A stretch of DNA of 64,000 nucleotides, from positions 87,032-151,031 of the forward strand of contig CAZBPC010000001.1 in assembly GCA_964493715.1 (NCBI GenBank), written 5' to 3'. The notes beneath the pieces are model-generated. The model was not told the DNA's origin, did no database searches, and saw only the letters and a program-made list of their open reading frames with translations. Positions 45,312-55,028 of the stretch are shown here, piece by piece. This stretch comes from an uncultured archaeon. GTDB taxonomy: Archaea; Asgardarchaeota; Lokiarchaeia; Sigyniarchaeales; SOKP01. Made by a program: the position numbers and the translations under genes. Every line of letters starts with the position of its first letter. Position 1 is the stretch's first letter.

Positions 45312-47501
45312 TCACCTCGTTTTTTTATGAGGTGTATACAAATTTTTAATAATAAATACTAATTCTTCGGGAACATCAATTGATATGGTTCGAAACCAGT
45401 TTTGATCCCCCCATTCGGAAATCCTCTGCTTGAGCAATCGCTTTTCCCCCTCAAACTGTTCGGTGAAATCCTCGAAGTCAAATACGAATAAGACGAGTTT
45501 CCTTGCTTGTCGAAGCCGTATCAAATCCTTCTCTGATATGGACACGCTTTCTTTAATAAACGTGCGAGGATCGATAATAAATAAAGAAATTTCAGAAAAA
45601 AGATCAATTCTCCTTCCAGTTTCCTGCAAACCAAGGATGATACCTTCTTTTTGTAATTTTTTACGTAAACCAAATTTCCCCGGCACATCCTTGCTAATCA
45701 ATATTTCTGGATCTGGAATTCTCAATGAGGTGCTGGATATAGGATGCTCAGGTTTCGAAGAAGAAAAATAAGATACCAAGGTTTCTTGGTTTGGAGATCG
45801 AGGTTTTGATGGTGGCAAATATTTAATTTTACTAGTCACCTTTTCAATTTTTTGTTTGAATTTTACTTCTTTCGTATCTCCCATATCATTTTCCTGATAA
45901 TTAATTGGTCCTTTTTTATTAGTTTCCTCTGTAGACACCTTAAGATTATCATTCATTTTTTGTATTTTATTGAGTGCAATTCTTAAGTAAATTTCATCAT
46001 TAGTCTCCTTGGTATACAACAAGATGACCTTACCTTCTTTTTGACGAGCAGTTCGTCCCTTTCTTTGGATATACCTGATTTCTGATGCCACAATATCATA
46101 AAATACCACTATATCGCATTCAGCGATATCCAATCCTTCCTCCGCTACATTTGTAGCTACGAGAACATTAAATATGCCTTCCTTGAAGGACTTCAGAATC
46201 TCCAGTTGTCTTTTTTGACTCATTCCCTTATCTTTTTTTGACTTGGTCGCTTGCCCCACGAATCGAGTGGGCTTGATCATGGATTCTTTTTCCAAACGTG
46301 AAGTGATATTTTGGATAGAATCCCTCAATTTTACGAATACCAAGATTCTTGAATCGGGATTTTCATGTAATTGATCGATTAGTATCTTTTTTAAAACAAT
46401 ATATTTAGGATGGATCAAACCTTCTGGATATTCGGATTCATGATTTTTTAGTTCAAGATAAATTCGACGTATTCGGTTATCTCCTGCTAGATTCTGATTT
46501 GCCTTGCTACTGTTCTGCTTTCGGGCCTCTTTCATTAATTTTTCTAAATACGTGAGTAGGATATCGAGTCCTTGTTGTTCGATGAGTTCTAACATGTGAT
46601 ATAGAATGAGTCCTTGGGCATTAACTGAAATAACACCATAGACACTCTTATCCCCAGAGGACATCTGCTTGATTAATTCTGTATTGAGCCTTAACAGGTC
46701 TTTTCTTGTTATCTTTTTTACCAACGTTTCTCCTTTTTTTTCGATATGCCCCATTTGGGAGAGATATTGAAGTCGTTCTTCCACCAAGCGATTGATAACG
46801 ATCAGAGCATCTTCCATTAATTCTGTCATATCCACTCCGATTTTAAATATATTCATTGGTTGTAAGTAGTTTTTCACATCTTCATCCTTTCGGGTTCTCA
46901 CGTGGACATTGTTTTTATCAATATGTAATAATTGACATAGTTCATTAATGCGTTCCTTGGAAGATCCCGGTGAAGCGGTAAGTGCTAATATGGTACCGTC
47001 GGGGTTTTGGTCTTGAAAGGTGTCTGCAATGAGTCCATAGGGATAATCGCCACTTGCGTGGTGTGCTTCATCAAAGATGATAAGGCAAGTGTTTTTGAGG
47101 TCATAATGTTTTGCAACTAAATCATTTCTTAGAGTTTGAGGGGTATAAAATAAGATCTGATGTGCTTCAAATAATTTAGGTCTTTCTTCTGATGGATTTT
47201 TCCCAGTAAGCGTAATCATAGAATCATCGGGAATTGCGAGGAATTGAGCAAATGATTCATGATGCTGATTAATTAAAGGACGTGTAGGTGCTAGAACAAT
47301 AATTTTTGAATTTCTGGGATAGGATTGGAGTGTTTCTGCTACTACCAATAGTGATATGATGGTTTTTCCCAGACCAGTAGGGATGACCACTAATGAGTTT
47401 CTATTTACACACTTTTTCGCAATTTCTACTTGGTATTCTCGAAATTGGATTTTATTTGTTTCAAGGAATCTAAAGGGACTCATTTCGGTCGCACGGGCCA
47501 T
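45312..47501 (-). CDS. Hef/FANCM/Mph1-type SF2 helicase with apparently inactive ERCC4-like C-terminal domain
   Basis: VIPTGLGKT, VLAPTRPLINQH, IIFDEAHHASG, LTASPGS, VATNVAEEGLDI and QRKGRTARQ. Start reassigned to ATG 47499-47501 (MARATEMS), preceded by AAGGAGGA and 4 nt after the upstream stop. The C-terminal about 130 aa has the ERCC4 layout without GDx/ERK residues. Confidence 0.85.
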   Translation of the reverse strand: MARATEMSPFRFLETNKIQFREYQVEIAKKCVNRNSLVVIPTGLGKTIISLLVVAETLQSYPRNSKIIVLAPTRPLINQHHESFAQFLAIPDDSMITLTGKNPSEERPKLFEAHQILFYTPQTLRNDLVAKHYDLKNTCLIIFDEAHHASGDYPYGLIADTFQDQNPDGTILALTASPGSSKERINELCQLLHIDKNNVHVRTRKDEDVKNYLQPMNIFKIGVDMTELMEDALIVINRLVEERLQYLSQMGHIEKKGETLVKKITRKDLLRLNTELIKQMSSGDKSVYGVISVNAQGLILYHMLELIEQQGLDILLTYLEKLMKEARKQNSSKANQNLAGDNRIRRIYLELKNHESEYPEGLIHPKYIVLKKILIDQLHENPDSRILVFVKLRDSIQNITSRLEKESMIKPTRFVGQATKSKKDKGMSQKRQLEILKSFKEGIFNVLVATNVAEEGLDIAECDIVVFYDIVASEIRYIQRKGRTARQKEGKVILLYTKETNDEIYLRIALNKIQKMNDNLKVSTEETNKKGPINYQENDMGDTKEVKFKQKIEKVTSKIKYLPPSKPRSPNQETLVSYFSSSKPEHPISSTSLRIPDPEILISKDVPGKFGLRKKLQKEGIILGLQETGRRIDLFSEISLFIIDPRTFIKESVSISEKDLIRLRQARKLVLFVFDFEDFTEQFEGEKRLLKQRISEWGDQNWFRTISIDVPEELVFIIKNLYTPHKKTR

Positions 47502-47505
47502 TTTA

Positions 47506-48093
47506 TTATCCTCCTTTAATGTATATTTGATAGCCATCAATGTTAACGTGGGAAGGATCACGGTTAGTTTTTTTAAACATAGCAATCTCAGTTCCTAATC
47601 TTATAGCTAAGGGTGAAGGGTATAGTAGAAAATTTTCCCCCGAGTTGAAAAAATAGGGATAGTTCTTGTATAAACGCACAATTTTCTTCGTGAGCTGAGA
47701 GTTAGCAATCTGAATATCAAAACCCTTTCCAATCTTCACTCCTTGGAAATAAAGAACCATGTCACTTAAATCATTTGCTATTTCTTGAGAGATCCATACT
47801 TCCTTCCTCTCACCATGCCAAACTTGTTCATTTCTGGGCCAGATGGTTAAATAATTTTTGCCATTCATCCATCTTTTCTCTAGTTGATATCCCTTAAATG
47901 AATTTAAGAATAAATCTTGAAACTGTAAGATGAGTTCCATGATAGATTCTGTTTCTTCACTTGAGATGTCCCATTGAACGGCTAATTTGCTAAAATTAAA
48001 CGATTTATTCGAATCTTTATCAAATTTCTTAAGATTTAAAATGAGATTCTTCAATCCTTGAAGAGTAGCCAAAAATTGTGTTCCTTTTTGCAT
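47506..48093 (-). CDS. Hypothetical protein (first gene of the Hef-like operon)
   Basis: A 195-aa ORF translationally juxtaposed to the helicase. No recognisable motif. Confidence 0.45.
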   Translation of the reverse strand: MQKGTQFLATLQGLKNLILNLKKFDKDSNKSFNFSKLAVQWDISSEETESIMELILQFQDLFLNSFKGYQLEKRWMNGKNYLTIWPRNEQVWHGERKEVWISQEIANDLSDMVLYFQGVKIGKGFDIQIANSQLTKKIVRLYKNYPYFFNSGENFLLYPSPLAIRLGTEIAMFKKTNRDPSHVNIDGYQIYIKGG

Positions 48094-48188
48094 TAAAGAA
48101 TATCATCGTCGAAATTATTTAAAAAAAAAACTTTACTAAATAACACTTCGAAAAAGGCAATGACAATTATAAAAAAGTGAAAAAAATC

Positions 48189-51110
48189 TCATTTTTTGAA
48201 TTTATATATCTTTTTATCTGCTTGCTTTCTTCCAGCCGTGTAGATGATTGTTCCCGGTACTGAAATGAATCCAATGATGAGACCTACTGCCCATAAAAAT
48301 TCGCCTTCGGATAGATTGAATTCAGGTGGACTTGGATTCCCAGTTAAAGAAATTTGCGTTTCTCCCATTAATATCGATTCAGATGCATAACCATCATTTA
48401 TGTAAATTAATATTCGGTATGAATCCGTATTAAGTGGCGTGTAAAGGAGTGAAAATATCGTATATGTCAAAAAATCCTTCTGAGTAAATTCAATGTTTTT
48501 AAAGAACACCTGATCCTTATATATCTCGATATAAGCATGACCTTCAAATAATGGAGTCTGCCCGGTGCCAAATTTTTGAGACGCGTTGATCGTAATCAAT
48601 AAGGTCTTAGAAGTATTTGTCCATGACACGCTTTTTATTAATTCATAGTAGGTACTAATAAAGATCTCTTGAGTAGCTATCTTATCCAAACCTTCATATA
48701 CAGAGATGTATCCTGAAGCTAAAGGATAACAGGAAGGATCCGCAGGAATGTAAATTGATTTTTCATAAGTTCCGTCTGGAAGTACATCTAACACACTTGA
48801 ACCTGCGAATTCGGATTCAAATTTTACAGTGGCATAAGGTCCGAATTTTTCCAATACCAGGTTACCTAATTCTACCGATAAATGACAGTATTCACCTAGT
48901 AGTATAGGTCCATCTTGAGTCGCATCTATTCGCACATCATCATTTCTTGCCATTTCAAATATCCATCCAAAAATACATGGCTCTATTTGTTCCCTCTCTG
49001 AAGTGAGAAAAAATTGGTTAAATTCGTTCGAATAAATCGACTGGATTAGAGATTGCGTTTGAGTTATGTTAAATTGAACGGAAAGGTCATATAAACTCGC
49101 AATTTTATAGCAATAATAGATATTTTTAATATTAGTATAATTGAGGTTCGCTTCTACAAATTGCTGAACTTTTACATGGTTGAGATCCGGCTCTCCTAAT
49201 GCATTTAGGATATATAATGCTTGATAGGTGTTTTCCAAGGCTTTTTCTAGAGTATTATCGTGGAATGGCAATAAATAAATAAAATTAGCAGTTTCTACCA
49301 AGCTTCGAGAAATATGGGTAATTAGAGCATCTGCATCCATTAAAAGATCTCGTAATGGACCTACATTCAACTCCTTGGTAAGAAGCTCTAAGGACCGAAT
49401 AGCATTATAGGAGTTCTCGAATACTATAGTTTTTGCTTGCCTTTCGTCAGAAAATATCATGTCTTGCACTGACATACAAAATCCCCCGAACAACTGAGAT
49501 TTAGAGGGATTTAAGTATTGCGCGTTAGTGATCCCATGAATCACGGTACTCAAGTTTATATCGCTCTTTAGATCATCCATTTTAAATAGTATCTCTAACA
49601 CGTTTAATGCATCGAGCATCCATTCTAGTGAAAAATAATTTCTCACTTCAGGAATGATATTATAATCGCTAAATGTTATAAATTCTATAGGATGGGATCG
49701 AAACCATCCCCTAGTAATATCCATATCAGTACTTCCCAAGAATCCATAGCCATCCACTGAATCGAAATACTTTATAGTAGCACTAATCCAATCGTATAAT
49801 TGTTGTATCGGAAGTTCACTTAGACGGTTCATAACATCATAAGAACCTATCAATGACTGTAATTGAGCTAATGATTGGTAGTCGTTAGTTAGAGGAGCAT
49901 ATCCTCCTTTTGATTTACAAAAGGAAATAAAAGATGCCACTTGAGCCTTTTCTAATAGGCTAAGAGAATTAAGCTCACTCGTTCCTTCTAAAGATCGAAC
50001 AATCTCAAAAGTATCAATGAGTTCATGATAAGGAACCGTGCTGGATGATACCCATCCTCCCAAGTGAGTTCTTCCGTCCAATATGAATGAGATTAATTGA
50101 GTTCTGTCAATTCCTGTAAATCCCATTATATCAGATAATTCCAATCCGATTGCACTAGCTACGATATTACTTTCATTGAGTGGATATGGAAATTGAGATA
50201 CAGAGAAAAAATTCTTGTCTGAATCGTATAATGCTTCCAAATAACCATAAAAATCTTGTATGTCGATAGTTTGTTCCATTCCAAGCACTTCCAATGACTT
50301 TATTGCATAAAACGATGAACGTAAGTTAGGATCAAATGCATCAATAGAATTAAAGGATATGTCCAGATCATTATAAAACCCCCCACTCCCGGCTTGTAAT
50401 GAATTTAAGTACACTATCAGATCATCTATCACATTTTGATAGGGCGTCCAATCGCTCAATAACATATCTAAAGTGATGAGCGCATAGTAGGTATTATCGG
50501 CAGTTGATATTAAATATTTTGGCTCTAAATTCATGTCAAAGGGTCTTCCAATGAACCCTGAAGTGATGGGATTATAACAGCTCCAGATAAAATCAATGAG
50601 TTTCTGGGAATCAATCGATCCTAATTGATATAGCATGTTCAGGGAAAGAAGTCCGTAGCAGGTGACTTCAAGCACGCTGGTCAAGGGATAAAATTTTTCC
50701 TCAAAATCGACATCCAAGTATCTATAAGTTGTATCATCAATGAAGCAAGAGTTCAACGGCATGCAATGACTCATTATATATTGTCCAACTGCAACTTCAT
50801 CCACTTGCGAAAGTTTTCCAAGAGCCCGTAATGTAGAAAGTGCTTGATATGTAGCTTGAAGGGTAGGTTGGTAATAACTTGAGAAGTAACCATTAGCATT
50901 ATATTCAGCCGTCTTTTCGGTCAAAATATCCTCCAGAAATTCCATAGTAGCATCAGAAGTGAGAGGAGAGAACTCTTGCTGGTCAAATGAGGAATATTTA
51001 CCCCGCCCAACTGATTGTTGCCCCGCTACATTGTAAAAGATTGAAAATAAGAGTGTACAAATGGTACATATCAACAATAGACCCATGCTTACCTTCATGT
51101 ATAATTTCAT
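48189..51110 (-). CDS. Large surface-anchored protein with repeated prenyltransferase/terpenoid-cyclase-like (alpha/alpha toroid) repeats
   Basis: Signal peptide (MGLLLICTICTLLFSIFYNVAG) and a C-terminal TM plus basic tail. Recurrent units such as TYQALSTLRALGKL, TYYALITLDML, SFYAIKSLEVLGM, TFEIVRSLEG and TYQALYILNALGE. Confidence 0.45.
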   Translation of the reverse strand: MKLYMKVSMGLLLICTICTLLFSIFYNVAGQQSVGRGKYSSFDQQEFSPLTSDATMEFLEDILTEKTAEYNANGYFSSYYQPTLQATYQALSTLRALGKLSQVDEVAVGQYIMSHCMPLNSCFIDDTTYRYLDVDFEEKFYPLTSVLEVTCYGLLSLNMLYQLGSIDSQKLIDFIWSCYNPITSGFIGRPFDMNLEPKYLISTADNTYYALITLDMLLSDWTPYQNVIDDLIVYLNSLQAGSGGFYNDLDISFNSIDAFDPNLRSSFYAIKSLEVLGMEQTIDIQDFYGYLEALYDSDKNFFSVSQFPYPLNESNIVASAIGLELSDIMGFTGIDRTQLISFILDGRTHLGGWVSSSTVPYHELIDTFEIVRSLEGTSELNSLSLLEKAQVASFISFCKSKGGYAPLTNDYQSLAQLQSLIGSYDVMNRLSELPIQQLYDWISATIKYFDSVDGYGFLGSTDMDITRGWFRSHPIEFITFSDYNIIPEVRNYFSLEWMLDALNVLEILFKMDDLKSDINLSTVIHGITNAQYLNPSKSQLFGGFCMSVQDMIFSDERQAKTIVFENSYNAIRSLELLTKELNVGPLRDLLMDADALITHISRSLVETANFIYLLPFHDNTLEKALENTYQALYILNALGEPDLNHVKVQQFVEANLNYTNIKNIYYCYKIASLYDLSVQFNITQTQSLIQSIYSNEFNQFFLTSEREQIEPCIFGWIFEMARNDDVRIDATQDGPILLGEYCHLSVELGNLVLEKFGPYATVKFESEFAGSSVLDVLPDGTYEKSIYIPADPSCYPLASGYISVYEGLDKIATQEIFISTYYELIKSVSWTNTSKTLLITINASQKFGTGQTPLFEGHAYIEIYKDQVFFKNIEFTQKDFLTYTIFSLLYTPLNTDSYRILIYINDGYASESILMGETQISLTGNPSPPEFNLSEGEFLWAVGLIIGFISVPGTIIYTAGRKQADKKIYKFKK

Positions 51111-51306
51111 TTTTGTAACCTAAAAATATTGCATTTAACCCTAACTGAATCTATAAGTATTTAAATAAAAAAAGAAAAAAACTCTCAACATTACTTAAAT
51201 TAATGTTATCTAATCAGATTATGTTTAATCCTAATTTTGATAAGAAAAAGCGAAAAAATGGAAAACCCGATTGACACATGAAAAATAAGGTAAAAATAGA
51301 AAGAGT

Positions 51307-51333
51307 AAAAAATGTCAGTCTCCAATTGGAGAC
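51307..51333 (-). terminator. Hairpin plus T6 tract downstream of the TFIIB-like gene
   Basis: A perfect 16-bp palindrome GTCTCCAATTGGAGAC (51318-51333) lies 6 nt after the stop. On the minus strand it is followed by TGACATTTTTT. Confidence 0.45.
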
Positions 51334-51339
51334 CAATCA

Positions 51340-52569
51340 TCATGGTCCTACCACCTGCAGGGGGGGACCTTTTGGATAATAGTAATTACGCACCTTGATG
51401 GTAATCTTCTCGCTACCCGGTGTTCCTAACGGAATGATCATTTTTGAACTGGAAAACTCGTGTTCATAATCTATTGGTGATTTATTTAATAAAATAAATG
51501 ATCCTAAATTGGTTCTAACAGCATGCAAGTAATATTCAAAGCTTTCATGAGGATTAAAGATTTTCTGAGCGGCCCCCAATTTAACCTCCATTAGCGATTG
51601 AACCAAGGGCATCTCCTCCTCTTGCTCAATTAACCCGAACTTGATCATGATTTTCCGGAGCAGTTCAGATGATTTCACCAAGCTTTTAAACCCTTCCACT
51701 CGCAAGTGATTGAACACATTCTGTTCCACTTGATGTTGAATGGTACTCATTTGTATCCCAAGATGAGAGCAAATAGTATTTACTTTTAATCGTTTCTGCT
51801 TGTCACATAACGCAACAATGCTACAAACGACCCCAGCAATAACATCATCTTTCGTGCATTTAATAGTTTCCCAGAAAGTGTACATTATTCTTTTAGCGGT
51901 ATCGTAAAACTCCATGTTCATTCCAAATTGTTCTGTTATCTGTAATATTTTTTGTAGAATGTAATTCTTCCGATCTCGCTTTTGGTAATACGGGATAAAG
52001 TTCTTCACTTGGAGCTTGAAGGCGTTAAATTCTTTCTTGGTTATTCGGGAAATCTCAAGGAGTTCTTGTTCATTAATCCCCTTGCAATTTAGCTTAAAAT
52101 GAAGGTAAATGGTAATTGGTACCAACTTCTCCGGACTCCTGAATTTCGTTCCAGGTTGTAACACTTTTCTAATGGCACTAAATTGTTTGAAAATCGGTTG
52201 TAATTCAGATAATGGAAGGGCTAAACCTGATAAGATCCTCCTAATCTCTTTTTGAGCTTTAATCTTCACGTCTTCCTCACGATCTCGCTCTGAATCAAGT
52301 TTTTGCCATTTTTGCAATTGAACTGATTGAGCTTTGGTAACTCGTTCTTTATAAAATCCTATTTGAGTTTTTCCACGAGGAGCGTTTTGAATTACGGCTT
52401 CATCATAAGGATGATGGTATTCAAAGACTAAACTTGAGAGAATTATTCCACAATTCGCACATACGTACCCTTCCCGGGTTTGTTTGATGTCCGTGGAATT
52501 GCACGCATCACAAGCGGAAATATCATTGTCTACTGAATACTCTTCTTGCTGCCATTTTTTTATTACCAT
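51340..52569 (-). CDS. TFIIB-family transcription factor (divergent TFB paralog with about 100-aa C-terminal extension)
   Basis: N-terminal zinc ribbon CDACNSTDIKQTREGYVCANCG, followed by two cyclin-like helical repeats. At 409 aa it is longer than the typical 300-340 aa. Confidence 0.7.
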   Translation of the reverse strand: MVIKKWQQEEYSVDNDISACDACNSTDIKQTREGYVCANCGIILSSLVFEYHHPYDEAVIQNAPRGKTQIGFYKERVTKAQSVQLQKWQKLDSERDREEDVKIKAQKEIRRILSGLALPLSELQPIFKQFSAIRKVLQPGTKFRSPEKLVPITIYLHFKLNCKGINEQELLEISRITKKEFNAFKLQVKNFIPYYQKRDRKNYILQKILQITEQFGMNMEFYDTAKRIMYTFWETIKCTKDDVIAGVVCSIVALCDKQKRLKVNTICSHLGIQMSTIQHQVEQNVFNHLRVEGFKSLVKSSELLRKIMIKFGLIEQEEEMPLVQSLMEVKLGAAQKIFNPHESFEYYLHAVRTNLGSFILLNKSPIDYEHEFSSSKMIIPLGTPGSEKITIKVRNYYYPKGPPLQVVGP

Positions 52570-52596
52570 TTAATAACCACTTATTTTAATATTTTT

Positions 52597-52612
52597 TAGT
52601 CGATCTAGTCGA
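52597..52612 (-). promoter_or_regulatory. Tandem direct repeat TCGACTA-GA-TCGACTA just upstream of an A/T-rich TATA-like box of the TFIIB-like gene
   Basis: The minus strand reads GGTCGACTAGATCGACTAAAAAATATTAAAATAAGTGGTTATTAAATG. The repeat occupies the BRE-proximal position, about 28-43 nt before the ATG. Confidence 0.3.
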
Positions 52613-53342
52613 CCACAATTTTATATTGCATGAGTTTGATTTTTGAACCTTATCTTTCTCACTTTTTGTCACTCGGATCACTAATTCTAAAGGGATCATA
52701 ATAAATTTTCATAAAAAATTGGAGAGATAGAAAACAAAAATATTAAAATTGTTTAATAATCTTTATAATTAAGAAGAAGAGAGGAGAGATAGAAAAATCG
52801 AACTTGAAAATATATTTCACTGATTTCATTTCGTGGATCACCCCCAAAAATAACTCGTGAAGAAGTAGACGCACATCGATGTTATTTCTTAAATTGACTC
52901 CAATAATGAAAAAGAATAGCTTTCTCATTATCTATCTAAATGAGGAAACAGTTTACTTTGGTTGATTATCACACATGCTCTCATTTTTTAATTTTGCTTC
53001 CTCAAATCCCTTTTCATGCGTGCTACTCTTTATTTTTAAGAACTTATTTAAACTCAACTAAACTTTAAAAATTTGAGTTACTCCTTTTTAAGGTTATTAT
53101 TATTTTATAATGTAATATAGATTGGAGATATGAATTTTCCATCAAGTCGATGTAGAATTGCAAAAGTCAAAAAAATCATAGAGCAGTATCTTAATGCCCT
53201 AAAAAAAGGATCCTAAAATATTTTTCACATTATTAGGTGGATGTAAAATTCAGTAGTTATAAGACCCAAATTAATGGCGTGTTTTTTGTAAAATAAAATT
53301 TCCTAAAAAGTTTATAACTATTTAGCTTCTTTTGATTACACG

Positions 53343-53948
53343 GTGATTATATTAATAATAAAAAATAGGAAACTTTCAGAAAAAGAGCTTTCACAAATTT
53401 TTAACGTGGTAAAACATCCATTGCGGAGAGGGATTCTTAAACTTTTATCTAATAGTCCACAATCTTATACAATGATTTTGAAAAGCCTTGAGATTCCTGA
53501 AAGCAGCATTTTAAACTATCATTTAAGAGAAATGGACGATTTATTGATTAACAAAGATGATTGTGGAAAATACATATTAAACGAAATCGGAGAAATTTGT
53601 GTGCAACTTATACTTAGAGTCAAGGAAAAAGAGGATATTCATAGTATCAATAAACTTCAGTTAATGGTAGAAAAATTAAAATCAACATTATTTTGGATTC
53701 AAATAGTATTCTTACCACTTTTAGTTATTTTAGCATTAGAACTCTATATGCTAAATATTATTAATTTTGGATCTATTCTTGAAATTTTTACTTCAAGTGT
53801 GATTTTTAGTACAATATTTGGAACTAGTTTCATCATAATTAATAAAGAATTGGGCATTACCTTAGAAAAGAAAGAGAAAATCGGAAATTATTCCATATTA
53901 TTTACCGTTTGGATACTGGTTCAAACAATATTCACTCTTATATGGTAA
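53343..53948 (+). CDS. ArsR-family winged-helix regulator fused to C-terminal TM helices
   Basis: FNVVKHPLRRGILKLLSNSPQSYTMILKSLEIPESSILNYHLREM, then three or more hydrophobic segments. GTG start. Confidence 0.65.
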   Translation: MIILIIKNRKLSEKELSQIFNVVKHPLRRGILKLLSNSPQSYTMILKSLEIPESSILNYHLREMDDLLINKDDCGKYILNEIGEICVQLILRVKEKEDIHSINKLQLMVEKLKSTLFWIQIVFLPLLVILALELYMLNIINFGSILEIFTSSVIFSTIFGTSFIIINKELGITLEKKEKIGNYSILFTVWILVQTIFTLIW

Positions 53949-54267
53949 TTAGTTATTTTTTAATTAAAGGGTTCCAATTTTTTGTTTAAATAGAAATGCA
54001 TGATAATCCTCAATAGGAATTAATTTGAGGTATACATGAAATGGAAGTTGAATTTGCAATATTAATTGAAGAAATGAGAAGTGAAGAACCTTTTGATTAT
54101 GCTGCGTTTTTTGATTATTCTCGATTCTTACCTCCTGGAGAATTGAGTCTCTCAAAAGACAGTAATATCGTCTGGTAATTTTTTTTTTAATATTCTAATT
54201 TTTTTTATTTAAAAATAACGAGTGGCTTCTTCTTGCAGAATATAAATAAGAAAAAGTCAAAAAAAAA

Positions 54268-55026
54268 ATGTACTTATCGATAAGTATTTGGCTCTGGTTT
54301 CTCGGCATATGGGTAGTATCGCAAGCCACAAAATCGGTTCTGAGTCGTTCAAGGGGATTAATTCGTGGTATTTTTAACATCCTCTTTTTTTTCGGAGTGT
54401 TTGTTCATGAATTCAGCCATCTGATGTTTTGTTTCATATTACGCGTCCCAACCAACGGAATGAAATTTCAATTCTGGGATAGAAGAATCGGAATGGTAAA
54501 TCCTGCAGGTTCCGTGGGTTTACCAGAATTCCCTCGGATGTCAATGATGCAAGCTTTAATGGTGGGTATTGCACCATTATTTGTATCCACTTTCTTATTC
54601 ATGGGATGCTTAGATCTGATTTTCACGTTTGAAACAACTTTTGAAATTCAATTGTTCATAATTATTCTTGCGATTTCCATAATCTGTACAGCAGCTCCTT
54701 CTGGAGTAGATATCTCGAATATTCTTGACGCTGCAGCTGGAGATCCTCTTCAATCGTTCCTTCAATTTTTATATGCGGGTGCATCCTTAATGATCAGTAT
54801 TTATATCGTGGATTTATCGGGCATTATATTGCCTTTAGAAGTGCTGTATTACATATCATACTTTACGCTTACAATTATCATTTACTTATTAATTATCCTT
54901 ATAGTTAGGATGATAAGAGCATCTTTTAGACGTGCATTTCCTACCGACAGTTATTCTTCACAGCAAGTACTGCGAAAGAGGCATAAACCTAAAAAACCAC
55001 CAAAACATGAGGAGGGGAGTTGGTAA
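54268..55026 (+). CDS. Polytopic membrane protein with HExxH motif (putative membrane zinc metalloprotease, M50/DUF3267-like)
   Basis: FFFGVFVHEFSHLMFCF lies at a TM boundary, with about 6 TM segments. Confidence 0.5.
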   Translation: MYLSISIWLWFLGIWVVSQATKSVLSRSRGLIRGIFNILFFFGVFVHEFSHLMFCFILRVPTNGMKFQFWDRRIGMVNPAGSVGLPEFPRMSMMQALMVGIAPLFVSTFLFMGCLDLIFTFETTFEIQLFIIILAISIICTAAPSGVDISNILDAAAGDPLQSFLQFLYAGASLMISIYIVDLSGIILPLEVLYYISYFTLTIIIYLLIILIVRMIRASFRRAFPTDSYSSQQVLRKRHKPKKPPKHEEGSW

Positions 55027-55028
55027 AT

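Noticed and set aside
47502-47585. 28-codon N-terminal extension of the Hef-like helicase ORF that overlaps the upstream gene
   Set aside because: The internal ATG at 47499-47501 is preceded by AAGGAGGA and lies 4 nt after the upstream stop. The extension (MLCLKKLTVILPTLTLMAIKYTLKEDNK) would overlap the 195-aa gene by 80 nt and adds no helicase sequence.
52743-54380. Short ORFs 52743-52928, 53964-54155 and 54195-54380 on the minus strand
   Set aside because: They lie in promoter or spacer regions or overlap the starts of better-supported plus-strand genes. Their composition is intergenic-like and they have no motifs.
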